DNA of 64,000 bases from Acidobacteriota bacterium (GTDB lineage: Bacteria; Acidobacteriota; Terriglobia; Bryobacterales; Bryobacteraceae): the NCBI GenBank assembly GCA_021778335.1, contig JAJYCN010000001.1, positions 891 through 64,890 on the forward strand, read 5' to 3'. Below the pieces are notes generated by a model. That model did no database searches. It was not told where the DNA came from and saw only the letters and a list, made by a program, of their open reading frames with translations. A program made the position numbers and the translations under genes. Below are positions 8,126-17,257 of this stretch, piece after piece (position 1 is the stretch's first letter; each line of letters starts with the position of its first letter).

Positions 8126-9780
8126 AGCGAGGATTTGCTCCCGTTCGCCACGGCTGTATTGATGCCGCCGACACGATCAAACATCTCATCCACTTTCTGC
8201 CGCTTCTGGGCAAAGGTAAGGCCTTTCACGGGTCCGGTATCCACTTTGGCATAGGTCGCGCCGGGGATGCGGTCGAATATCCAAAAACTGCCGAAGCGCT
8301 TTCGCAGGCGATACTCGGAGAACAGCAAGGACGCGGTGTGCGGATAGACCGCGGGCTCGCTATCCAAGAAGCGACCGGTGAAATCGCGGTACGAGCGGTC
8401 CAGGACAATAACGTCCGGCTTGAGGTTGCTGTATAGGCCAAGCCGCCAGTCATCCGCAAATCTGTTGAAGTCCAGGCCGAAGCCGAGCGCGGCTGTGGCG
8501 ACAATGCTCTTACCCGCGGCTTTGTCTCGGGCCAGTTCTCGGACCGTCGGCAGATAGTCCCGATGGTATTCGTCGGCGAGAATGTGCATGCCGGCCGTCC
8601 AAAGCTGGAGCACCACAAAAATAAAGGTGAGAGCCACCGCCGCCACACTCGGATCACCGTTGCGCCGCCAGAGTTTCACCAGGAGCGCGGCGAAGATCGT
8701 GTCGTAGAACGGCATCACGTAGATCATGTACGGGTCTGCCTTGAATCCGTTTAGGAACGTGAGGCCACACAAGACCGTCGCGGCGCAGACCGAAAAGATC
8801 CGGACGGAGGGCTCATGGCGGCGCCACTTCGAGAAGAACCAGATATTGGCCCCGAGATACATGAACGCCACCAGAATCAAGTGATGGTTCGTCTCCGCCG
8901 ACCAGAGGCTGCTATTAACGTACACGAAGATCTGCCGGAAAACCTCTTGACGAATCGAGTTCCAAGGCTCGAGAACGGACTTCCAGCGAGCCGAATCGCG
9001 ACCGGCAGCGTTGGCGAAGAATTGCGCTTTGAAATCGGACGGGCTTTGGAGAATGTAAGCGCCCCAGAGGGCGGCGAAAATCAGGTAGGGCAGCGCGGTC
9101 CACAGGAGATACTCGAGCCGCAGACGTTTACGGTCGTAGAGGACTGCGACCACGAAAACGCCGAGGCCGACCAGAAGGGCGTTGGGATGCGTAAACATGG
9201 CGGCGGCGAGGAGCGTCTGGCTTGTAATTACGGCCATGCGAAAGTCCCGCTCACGAAAATGCAGATAGGCGGCCAGGGAACATGCCGCAAGGGCCATCGC
9301 GAGGGATTCGGGCCGCCCGTCCGCCGTGATCCACTGGAACACCCAATCGAGAGACGTGAGGACGGCTGCAAGTTGCGCCACACCCCGATCTGGAAACATG
9401 CGCAGAGCGATCCGATACATCGCGAGAATTGTGACGACGCCCCAGAGGATCGAGAAGGCACGCATGTTGAAAGCCGTTGCGCCGAAAACTTTGAACCATC
9501 CGGCGATCGCAACCAGTTGGTTGGGGGTGACTATGTAGGTCCACCGGTGGATGCCCCTGAGGTACGCGTTGAGGAAGTGGCCGCCGGGCTCGATGACGTT
9601 GCTTCCCATGTAGCCATGGAAGGCGAGATTGTAGGAAGAGTTCGCGAGTGAGCCTTCATCGCACCAGGGAGCCTTGGTCCAGGCGAGAGCGAGGCTGAGA
9701 GCGAGATAGACGAGTACGGCTGCGCCGAGCCATCCTGGCGCGATGCGTCTGGCCGGGTCCTCGGAGGGAGCTGAACGCAT
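8122..9780 (-). CDS. GT-C fold membrane glycosyltransferase (ArnT/PMT-like, GT39/83-type)
   Basis: 552 aa and polytopic. The first loop carries a W-x-DE motif (APWCDEGS). It is paralogous to 14780..16267. Confidence 0.75.
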   Translation of the reverse strand: MRSAPSEDPARRIAPGWLGAAVLVYLALSLALAWTKAPWCDEGSLANSSYNLAFHGYMGSNVIEPGGHFLNAYLRGIHRWTYIVTPNQLVAIAGWFKVFGATAFNMRAFSILWGVVTILAMYRIALRMFPDRGVAQLAAVLTSLDWVFQWITADGRPESLAMALAACSLAAYLHFRERDFRMAVITSQTLLAAAMFTHPNALLVGLGVFVVAVLYDRKRLRLEYLLWTALPYLIFAALWGAYILQSPSDFKAQFFANAAGRDSARWKSVLEPWNSIRQEVFRQIFVYVNSSLWSAETNHHLILVAFMYLGANIWFFSKWRRHEPSVRIFSVCAATVLCGLTFLNGFKADPYMIYVMPFYDTIFAALLVKLWRRNGDPSVAAVALTFIFVVLQLWTAGMHILADEYHRDYLPTVRELARDKAAGKSIVATAALGFGLDFNRFADDWRLGLYSNLKPDVIVLDRSYRDFTGRFLDSEPAVYPHTASLLFSEYRLRKRFGSFWIFDRIPGATYAKVDTGPVKGLTFAQKRQKVDEMFDRVGGINTAVANGSKSSL

Positions 9781-10115
9781 ATGGTCAAGTATCGCGCGGG
9801 ACCTGGGGTCTTGTGCCTCGTGGATCGCTTTAATAATCGTGGAGGTTCCGATGCTGCATCAGAGGCGTGTGCACGCGCACCCGGAGGCGTTCGAGATTTT
9901 TGATCGTTGCGGCTAGCCCCACGAAAGATGGCAGTTCCCGGTCCGGCCTTAGTAGATTTCGCAGTGCTCGGCCGCGGGCCCGGCTTCAGCAGTCCATCCG
10001 GCGATCCGGCTGCGCTTTCCGGCCAGCCACGAGGGCCGGCACTAATGAGGCGCCATAGGAATCACCGTCTACTAAGAGTCCGTGCTAAACTGCGGCCAAC
10101 CGAATCGGAGAGCTT

Positions 10116-11090
10116 GTGAAACGAATTCTTGTCAATGGGGCTGGGGGATTCATCGGAGGCCACCTAGTAAAGTGGCTCAGGGCCGAGGGGAATTGGGTCC
10201 GCGCGGTGGACATTAAGCGGCATGATTTCGTGGAGCCGCCGGCCGACGAATTCATCCTGGGCGACCTGCGCGAACAAAAGGTGGTGCGGGATGTTGTGCA
10301 GGGCATCGACGAGGTTTACCAACTCGCCGCGCACATGGGCGGCGCCGGCTACCTCTTCACCGGCGAGCACGACGCCGACGTGCTGCACAACTCGGCCACG
10401 ATAAACCTCAACACGCTGCATTCCGGCGTTAGATCCGGCGTGAAGAAATTCTTCTACTCTTCGTCGGCATGTATTTATCCGGAATACAACCAAATGGACC
10501 CCGATAATCCGAAGTGTTCGGAGGAGTCGGCTTACCCGGCCGCGCCGGACTCGGAATACGGCTGGGAGAAGTTGTTCAGCGAGCGCCTGTACATGTCGTA
10601 TATGCGGAACTACGGGGTTCAGGTGCGGATCGCGCGGTTCCACAACATCTTTGGTCCGGAAGGTACGTGGCGCGGGGGGAAGGAGAAGGCTCCGGCCGCG
10701 ATGTGCCGAAAGGTTGCCGAGACTCCCGATGGCGGCGAAATCGAGATCTGGGGCGACGGGAAGCAGACCCGCTCGTTCCTCTACATCGACGAGTGCCTCG
10801 AGGGCGTGCGGCGGCTGATGGAGTCCGATTTCACGGGGCCGGTGAATATCGGCTCGGACGAGAAGGTAACCATCAACCGCCTGGCCGAGATGGCAATGGA
10901 AGCCGCCGGGAAGAAGCTATCGGTCCGGCACATTCCGGGACCGCTCGGCGTTCGCGGGCGCAACTCGGATAACAAACTTATCCGCGCGAAGCTGGGGTGG
11001 GGACCCAGCCGGCCGCTCAGCGAAGGGCTTGCGAAGACCTACGCGTGGATTTCGGCCCAAGTGGAGAAGACGGCGGCAGTTTCGGCCTGA
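10116..11090 (+). CDS. NAD-dependent nucleotide-sugar epimerase/dehydratase (GDP-mannose 3,5-epimerase-like)
   Basis: GTG start after GGAGAG. Motifs present: GAGGFIGGHL Rossmann, SSSACIY, and YGWEK (YxxxK). Confidence 0.85.
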   Translation: MKRILVNGAGGFIGGHLVKWLRAEGNWVRAVDIKRHDFVEPPADEFILGDLREQKVVRDVVQGIDEVYQLAAHMGGAGYLFTGEHDADVLHNSATINLNTLHSGVRSGVKKFFYSSSACIYPEYNQMDPDNPKCSEESAYPAAPDSEYGWEKLFSERLYMSYMRNYGVQVRIARFHNIFGPEGTWRGGKEKAPAAMCRKVAETPDGGEIEIWGDGKQTRSFLYIDECLEGVRRLMESDFTGPVNIGSDEKVTINRLAEMAMEAAGKKLSVRHIPGPLGVRGRNSDNKLIRAKLGWGPSRPLSEGLAKTYAWISAQVEKTAAVSA

Positions 11091-11193
11091 GGTCCCCAGG
11101 CCGAGTCCATCTTTGGGGCTTGCTTCGCGCACGAAGGGGACATCAGACGAGTCAAGTGCCGCTTCCTTGCGGGCGCGGCTCGGCGGCTTGGTG

Positions 11194-12516
11194 TCAGCGT
11201 TCGTCGCGGCGGCGGGGGGAGACGGCGTCCCAGCGGGGGTCGGCGGTGCTCTTGTAGTTCTTGGGCAGGGTGCGCCAGTCGGGGCGAGTGATGCCGTTGA
11301 GGTCGTAGACGACGCGGCCGTCGCGGAGGGTGACCTCGCAGATGAGCTTCTCGCCGCCGTCCATGCGGGCGCCGTACATGTCGGTGAAGCCGAACTGGCC
11401 TTTTTCCAGGCGCAGGACGGCGACGTCGGCGGGTGCGCCGACGCTCAGGTTGCCGAGTTCCTCGTGATGGATTTCTTTGGCCGGGTTCCAGGTGGACTTG
11501 GCCACGACGTCGTCGAGCGAGAGGCCGAGGGCGAGGAACTTACTCATCAGGTTGAGCATGTCCTTCATGCCGGCGTTCATGCTGGTGATGTGGAGGTCAG
11601 TGGAAATTGAGTCAGGTAGGAAGCCCTGCTGGATGGCGGGGACGACGACGCGCCAGGCGAAGCTGCCGCCGCCGTGGCCGACATCGAAGATGACACCGCG
11701 CTTGCGGCCTTCGATCATGCCGGGGTTGACCTCTCCGTTGTCGAGCAGTTCGTGCCGCAGGCCGGAGTAGCAGTGGGTGTAGATGTCGCCGGGGCGAAGT
11801 TTCCTGGTGACAAGCTCGGCGAGCGGGCGCTCGGGCCAGTCCGTGCCGAAGTCGATCATCACGGGGATGTGGGCCATGTCGCCGGCCTGGACCGCGCGCT
11901 CGACGGGAGTCCATTCGGGCCCGGTGTAGTGGGCGCACTTGAAGCCGACGATCAGGCCCTTGTGACGGAGGGCCATGTCGGAGGCCGAGCGGGGCTCCAT
12001 GTCGTAGAAGTTGTCCTCGTAGGGCTCGCCGCGCATGCCGGCGCCGACGATGTTGAGAAAGGCGAGGACGCGGGTCTTTGAGCGGTCGATGACGTGCTGT
12101 TTGAAGTCCTCGAAATTGCGCCAGCCGGAAGAGCCGGCGTCGGCCACGGTGGTGACGCCGGTGCGGAGGGTGAAGCCGTCGGGCCAGACGCTATTGTCGC
12201 CGGCGTAGGAGTGGGCTTCGCCGGTGCTGGCATAGACGTGGACGTGGATGTCGACGAGGCCGGGCGTCACGTAGAGGCCGTGGACGTCGACGGTTTTCAG
12301 CGCGCGCGAGGCGTCGAGGTGTTCGGCGACGGCGGCGATGTGGCCATTCTTGATGCCCACGTCGCGGACGGCGCTGACGCCGTTTTTCGCGTCGATGACG
12401 TGGCCGTTTTGCAGCAGGAGATCGTAATCGTATTGCTGTTGAGCCATTGCAAGAGAACCGAGGGCGCTTAGAGCCGCAAGGATCGCCCCCCTTTGTAGAC
12501 CATGAATTGCTTTCAT
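11194..12516 (-). CDS. Exported amidohydrolase-family metallohydrolase (dihydroorotase/deacetylase-like)
   Basis: Sec signal peptide (ALSALGSLAMAQQ) and the motif GLVDIHVHVY (HxH metal site). The amidohydrolase fold runs the full length. Confidence 0.75.
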   Translation of the reverse strand: MKAIHGLQRGAILAALSALGSLAMAQQQYDYDLLLQNGHVIDAKNGVSAVRDVGIKNGHIAAVAEHLDASRALKTVDVHGLYVTPGLVDIHVHVYASTGEAHSYAGDNSVWPDGFTLRTGVTTVADAGSSGWRNFEDFKQHVIDRSKTRVLAFLNIVGAGMRGEPYEDNFYDMEPRSASDMALRHKGLIVGFKCAHYTGPEWTPVERAVQAGDMAHIPVMIDFGTDWPERPLAELVTRKLRPGDIYTHCYSGLRHELLDNGEVNPGMIEGRKRGVIFDVGHGGGSFAWRVVVPAIQQGFLPDSISTDLHITSMNAGMKDMLNLMSKFLALGLSLDDVVAKSTWNPAKEIHHEELGNLSVGAPADVAVLRLEKGQFGFTDMYGARMDGGEKLICEVTLRDGRVVYDLNGITRPDWRTLPKNYKSTADPRWDAVSPRRRDER

Positions 12517-13439
12517 CGCTCCAATTCCACCAAGGCGTAAATGTTTAGTTCGGGAAGGGTGAATTCCGCCGCTTCGGGTGTGAAGGCGACATCAAGAAGG
12601 CGAACGGGGTCGAGGCCGGAAGCCCAGGCCCGGGCCTTTGTGTAGTGTCCGAGAACGCGGATGCGGAGTCCTTCGACGTGGCGCCGGGCTCCGTCGTAGT
12701 TGAGCAGGTGCACGAGGGCGTGGCCGGAGTCGCCATCGAGGCGGCCGATGACGACCTCGCTGCCGTAGATGCGGAGCAGGCGCTTGTCGTCCCCGAGATT
12801 CTGCCGGATGAGATGGGCCATGACGTCGGGGTTGGCGGCGAGGGAGGCCGGGAACTGGCTGGAGCCGAGTTTGACGTCGAGGAGGCCGGGCTGGGGGGAA
12901 GTCACGCGATCGAACAACAGGTTGCGCCGGATGAGCAGGTTCATGACTTCGCCGGAGCGGGGAGTCCCATCGTCATGCCAGCCGATGTTGACGAGCGGCT
13001 TCAGTCCGGCGCCGGAAGGCAGAGTCCGGAGGAAGGCGATCATGGCCTCGAGCGGCGCCTGGCCGGCGGCGTCGGTGTGGATGGTAGCGTTGGCGGAGAA
13101 TTCGAACGCTTCGGCGGCGGCGAGGGCGGCGCTCGGGCCCGGAGCGTTATAGAAGAAACTGGCTCCAGGATTGCGCAGGATCCGCCAGCCGTTCGTGTCG
13201 ACCCAGGGCGCGGTGGAGGCCGACGCCTCGTCCATGCGGTAGTTCACGCGCGGGGTTGGGAGCTTGATAGCGCCGGCAGGAGGCTCGGCGCTGGAGGCGA
13301 TTTGCGGAACGGCCGCGCGGATGAGTGCGGCGGCCAACAGGAAGGATAGCGCGGCCGTCCAATACTTACCGCGCACAACGCATCGGGCCGCGGGCGTCGA
13401 TTGGCCCGACTGAGCTCGTCCCGCGCTGTGCGCTCTCAT
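12513..13439 (-). CDS. Hypothetical exported protein
   Basis: Start set at ATG 13439, which forms an ATGA overlap with the upstream stop. There is an N-terminal hydrophobic segment, and the stop overlaps the amidohydrolase start (ATGA). I recognised no family. Confidence 0.6.
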   Translation of the reverse strand: MRAHSAGRAQSGQSTPAARCVVRGKYWTAALSFLLAAALIRAAVPQIASSAEPPAGAIKLPTPRVNYRMDEASASTAPWVDTNGWRILRNPGASFFYNAPGPSAALAAAEAFEFSANATIHTDAAGQAPLEAMIAFLRTLPSGAGLKPLVNIGWHDDGTPRSGEVMNLLIRRNLLFDRVTSPQPGLLDVKLGSSQFPASLAANPDVMAHLIRQNLGDDKRLLRIYGSEVVIGRLDGDSGHALVHLLNYDGARRHVEGLRIRVLGHYTKARAWASGLDPVRLLDVAFTPEAAEFTLPELNIYALVELER

Positions 13440-14554
13440 AGCGATACGGCCTTCAGGTGGATCTTGTCGAGATCGTAGACGCCCAAGCCAAGCGTGGAGG
13501 CGTACTGGATGTGGCCGGGTTCGCGGATAAAGAGGTTTTTCCGCGGATCGAGTTCGTGGCGGCCGGTCCACAAGTGCGACGGCGAGCGGTCCCAGAGCGA
13601 CGGGGCGCCCTCTTGCTTACGTTTGGCTTCGATGACGTCGAGCAGGAGGTGGTCCATGGCGACCGGGTCCGTGCCGAACTGCATCATCTTGGGATAGAAG
13701 CGGAATCGCTGTTCGGTATTGAACGGGCCGCCGTGCCAGACGCCGCGCAGGCCGTCCATGACGGCGAGGACGGCGCGAGAACGGAGCGGTTCCACCGAAG
13801 CGAGGGTGCCGATGAAGGAGTAGGTGTTGGTTTTCGCGTTGCGATGCGAGCGGGCGACGTTGGAGTAATCTCCGTAGGCGATATTCTTCAGGCATCCGGT
13901 GACGCCCGACGCCTGATGCTCCTTCATGTTGGGGATGTTGACGATCTTGGTGAATTTCTCCGTGACGAGGCGGACCATGTTCGAGCGCGTGTCGTCCTCG
14001 CCGAAGAAATCGGCCTCGACGTAGGTGTAGGGGTCGTAGCCGAGGATGGCGCCGCGCTGGCCTTCGATGCCGGTGACGGTGACGCCGGCGGGGACGTATT
14101 TCTCGTATCCGACGGTGCGCATCTGGTCCGGGAAGCGCTCGTAGATGGTGATGCGCTCCGGAGGTACGCCCACCTTCATGAGGTTCTTGACCACTGCGGC
14201 GACGACCTCGGGGCTGGACATGATGCGGGGGGCGCCGGAGCAGTTCACCTTGATGCCGACGACATCGTGAGGCTGGATGAAGCGCGCCCAAGCGTCGCGG
14301 GGATCGCGGTCGCCAGTGAGCATTTTCATGCCGTCGCCGATCATCGTTTCGACGCGGGCGGCATTGACGGTGTCGGTGGCTTCGTCAAGAACGGCGTCGC
14401 TGTGAACGCGTGCGACCTGGCCGGGGTACTTGCCGGGCATTCCCTGACCGGGGATGGGTTTGTACTTGGTGACGATCTTGTAATGAGGGAGATCGGAATC
14501 CGAGGCAAGTATCGGCGTAGCCGCGGCAAGAGAAAGAAATCCGCGCCTATTCAT
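13436..14554 (-). CDS. Tat-exported DUF362-like protein
   Basis: Twin-arginine leader MNRRGFLSLAAATPILA. The core VGIKVNCSG...SPEVVAAVVKNLMKVGVPPERITIYE resembles DUF362. The start could instead be at 14578. Confidence 0.55.
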   Translation of the reverse strand: MNRRGFLSLAAATPILASDSDLPHYKIVTKYKPIPGQGMPGKYPGQVARVHSDAVLDEATDTVNAARVETMIGDGMKMLTGDRDPRDAWARFIQPHDVVGIKVNCSGAPRIMSSPEVVAAVVKNLMKVGVPPERITIYERFPDQMRTVGYEKYVPAGVTVTGIEGQRGAILGYDPYTYVEADFFGEDDTRSNMVRLVTEKFTKIVNIPNMKEHQASGVTGCLKNIAYGDYSNVARSHRNAKTNTYSFIGTLASVEPLRSRAVLAVMDGLRGVWHGGPFNTEQRFRFYPKMMQFGTDPVAMDHLLLDVIEAKRKQEGAPSLWDRSPSHLWTGRHELDPRKNLFIREPGHIQYASTLGLGVYDLDKIHLKAVSL

Positions 14555-14779
14555 AAGAGAAAGTAAATGGTACAACATCGAGCCGTATTGCGTCGAAAAG
14601 ACGAGCGCTTGTATAGGGCAAGGCGCGCGGAGGACGGTGCGGCGAAGGACTGGAAGCGCAATTGTTCATCCGCCGGCCACCCGGTACAATAGCGGCTGGT
14701 CCCGGTATTTGCTGAGCGGTGACCGGAAGCCGCTTTCGCCTGTTTGGCCAATTTGACGACGAGGAGTTCTGTGGCGGGG

Positions 14780-16267
14780 ATGATGAGAAAACGGGCGATT
14801 GGGATTGTATTGGCCGCGGCGGCACTGGCGCTCTACCTTGGGCTGCTCACCAGCGAGGCGATGCGGGTGAAGCCCTGGAACGACGAGGCGATGTCAGCCG
14901 AGGCCGCCTATAACCTTGGGACACAGGGCACCACCGGGGTGCGTTTTTTCGACGAGAAGGCGCCGAACTACCCGGGGATCACGAAACACACTTACTACAT
15001 CTTTCCGCTGCAGTTGTGCGTGCTGGCGGTCTGGTACAAAGCGGCGGGCTTCAGTTTACTGTCAACCCGCGTGCTGTCGATCCTGTGGACTTGCCTGATG
15101 CTGGCTGCCTTCTATGCCTTTCTCGAGGCTGTCACGGAAGACCGGATGATCGCCAGCCTGGCCACCGTACTCTGCGCTCTCGATTACCAGTTTATGACCG
15201 CCGCGGCGTTTGGACGCTACGACATGATGGTGGCGGCGTTGGGTTTTTCCGCGTACGCGCTGTATGTGCGTCTGCGGGAGAGCCATTTCCGGATCGCACT
15301 CGTTGCCGCCAACGCCTGCGTGATGGCGGCGGGCGCTACCCATCCAAACGGTCTGATTTACCTGATCGGGCTGTGGTTCCTGATTCTGTACTTCGACAGA
15401 AGACGGCTTCGCGCGATGGATCTTTCGACGGCGGCGGTTCCGTATGTGGCGGGGGCGGCGATCTGGGCGCCATTCGTGCTTCAGGATTGGCCGTCGTTCC
15501 GGGGCCAGCTTTTGATGAACTCGTCCGGACGGGTCGGAATCCTTCATCCGTGGGACACCTTTGTTCGCGAGATCCGCTACCGCTACATCACCGAATTCGG
15601 GCTTGGCGCGCATAGCGCGGGGCACTCGTTTGCGTGGGTGAAACTGAAGGCTCTTAGTCTGGTGACGTACCTGCTCGGAATCGTTGGCTGCCTGGCAACG
15701 CGAAAGATCCGGCAGAACATGAAGCTGCGTCCCGTGCTGGTTCTGGCGGGCATTCACTGGGCCTACATGACGTTTTACGAGAACATGAAGTTCTCGTATT
15801 ACCTGGTGCACCTGCTTCCGCTGTACTGCGCGTTGCTGGCGGTCTACACGATGCATCTCTGGCGCAGCGGGGCCACGATGCGGTGGGCGGTTGCCGGTTT
15901 GCTGGCATTGGCGAGCCTGGTGCAGGTGGGCGGCATCCTCGCCAAGATCCGGCTGAACGACTACGGGAAGTCGTATCTTCCCGCAGTGGAATTCGTCCGG
16001 GCGCATGCCTTGCCGGCGGATCAGGTCAACGCCAGTTGCTCGTTCGGATTCGAGTACGGCTTCGACCGGAACCTGATGGACGACCCGAGCCTTGGTTACT
16101 ACAATCACAAGCAGCCGGAGTTCATCGTCGAAGAGGAGATCTACGACGGCTGGTGGGAAGAGAGCAAGACGACACTGCCTGAGGTGTATGCCTTCTTCAA
16201 GCGAACGCTGGCAGGATACGACCTGATTTACGACCGCGATGGCTACCGGGTCTACCGGCGGCGCTGA
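14780..16267 (+). CDS. GT-C fold membrane glycosyltransferase, paralogue of 8122..9780
   Basis: Start set at ATG 14780 after GAGGAG. It is collinear with the other GT-C (VKPWNDEAMS vs APWCDEGS; THPNGLIYL vs THPNALLVG; RRRLRAMD vs RKRLRLEY). Confidence 0.75.
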   Translation: MMRKRAIGIVLAAAALALYLGLLTSEAMRVKPWNDEAMSAEAAYNLGTQGTTGVRFFDEKAPNYPGITKHTYYIFPLQLCVLAVWYKAAGFSLLSTRVLSILWTCLMLAAFYAFLEAVTEDRMIASLATVLCALDYQFMTAAAFGRYDMMVAALGFSAYALYVRLRESHFRIALVAANACVMAAGATHPNGLIYLIGLWFLILYFDRRRLRAMDLSTAAVPYVAGAAIWAPFVLQDWPSFRGQLLMNSSGRVGILHPWDTFVREIRYRYITEFGLGAHSAGHSFAWVKLKALSLVTYLLGIVGCLATRKIRQNMKLRPVLVLAGIHWAYMTFYENMKFSYYLVHLLPLYCALLAVYTMHLWRSGATMRWAVAGLLALASLVQVGGILAKIRLNDYGKSYLPAVEFVRAHALPADQVNASCSFGFEYGFDRNLMDDPSLGYYNHKQPEFIVEEEIYDGWWEESKTTLPEVYAFFKRTLAGYDLIYDRDGYRVYRRR

Positions 16268-16306
16268 GACGCAAACATTGGCGAAGATTCAACGCGACGA
16301 AGGCGC

Positions 16307-17257
16307 TCAGAGGCCAACTGCGTTTTTCGCTATGTAGGAGTCGAGGGAGTGGTCCGGGCCGATGTAGTGGAACTCCTCGGCGGCGGGGAGGTTGTGGCGG
16401 CGGCCGATGGCGGCGTCGCGTTCCTCGAAGGCGGCTTTGACGAATTCGGCGGGGGCGTCCGGACCTTCGAGGGCGGGGATGCGCTGGTGGCCGGCGCGGA
16501 GGCTCGAGTTGAGATCGACGACCATGTGCTCGATCATGGTGCGGCAGGAGAGGATGGCGCGGCGCTTCTGTTCGACGACGCCGGAGATGTCGACGACGCG
16601 GTTGACCAACTGCGGGCCGCGGGCGAAGTAGTACTTCTCGCTGACGCTGTGGGGCTGAATGCCGGCGGCGCGGTGCTCGGGAAAATCGAGGCTGCCGCCG
16701 GCCATCCAGCAGGCGGCCTCGACGGCCTGGGCGGTGACGTAGTGGTCCGGATTTTCTTCGTAGTGGCCCCAGGGATCGTAGCTGAGGACGGTGTTGACCT
16801 TGAGCAGGCGGAAGAGGAAGATGAGGCGGCCGCGCAGTTCGGTGCGGGCGACGTCGTCCATGCGGTGGTTACGGTAGCTCAGGTCAAAGCTGGCTTTGAG
16901 GCCCATCGTTTTGACGAAGAGGGCGGTGTCGTTTTCGTTGGCGAGGACGGTGGCGCCGAGGCTGAGGCCGGCGGAATCCTTTTCGTCGTTGGAGGTGCGG
17001 ATGAAGTAGCCGGTGTAGCCTTCGCGTAGCATCTTGGCGATGGTTCCACCGGCGAAGATCGGGCCGTCGTCGAGATGCGGCGTGACGAGGGCGAATACCC
17101 TGCCCTCGTGGGGACGGCCTTCGGCGGCGCGTTCAATGGTAACCGACTGCGTGTCGCCGGCGACGTTGGTCTGGGCGGCGGCCTGAGCGCCGGCGAGCGC
17201 GGCGCCGGCCAGCGCTCCCGAGAAAAAGTCCCGCCGGTCCATCGGTTTCTCAGGCAC
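16307..17257 (-). CDS. Tat-exported PIG-L/LmbE family deacetylase
   Basis: Twin-arginine leader MDRRDFFSGALAGAALAG and the PIG-L motif VTPHLDDGPIFAGGTIAK. HPDH-like residues occur further on (NPDHYV). Confidence 0.75.
   Translation of the reverse strand: MPEKPMDRRDFFSGALAGAALAGAQAAAQTNVAGDTQSVTIERAAEGRPHEGRVFALVTPHLDDGPIFAGGTIAKMLREGYTGYFIRTSNDEKDSAGLSLGATVLANENDTALFVKTMGLKASFDLSYRNHRMDDVARTELRGRLIFLFRLLKVNTVLSYDPWGHYEENPDHYVTAQAVEAACWMAGGSLDFPEHRAAGIQPHSVSEKYYFARGPQLVNRVVDISGVVEQKRRAILSCRTMIEHMVVDLNSSLRAGHQRIPALEGPDAPAEFVKAAFEERDAAIGRRHNLPAAEEFHYIGPDHSLDSYIAKNAVGL

Noticed and set aside
9851-9916. 21-codon ORF (MLHQRRVHAHPEAFEIFDRCG) with a GGAGG RBS in the divergent GT-C/epimerase intergenic region
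   Set aside because: It is too short and compositionally unremarkable to support without conservation or expression data. It could be a leader peptide, but I cannot substantiate that.
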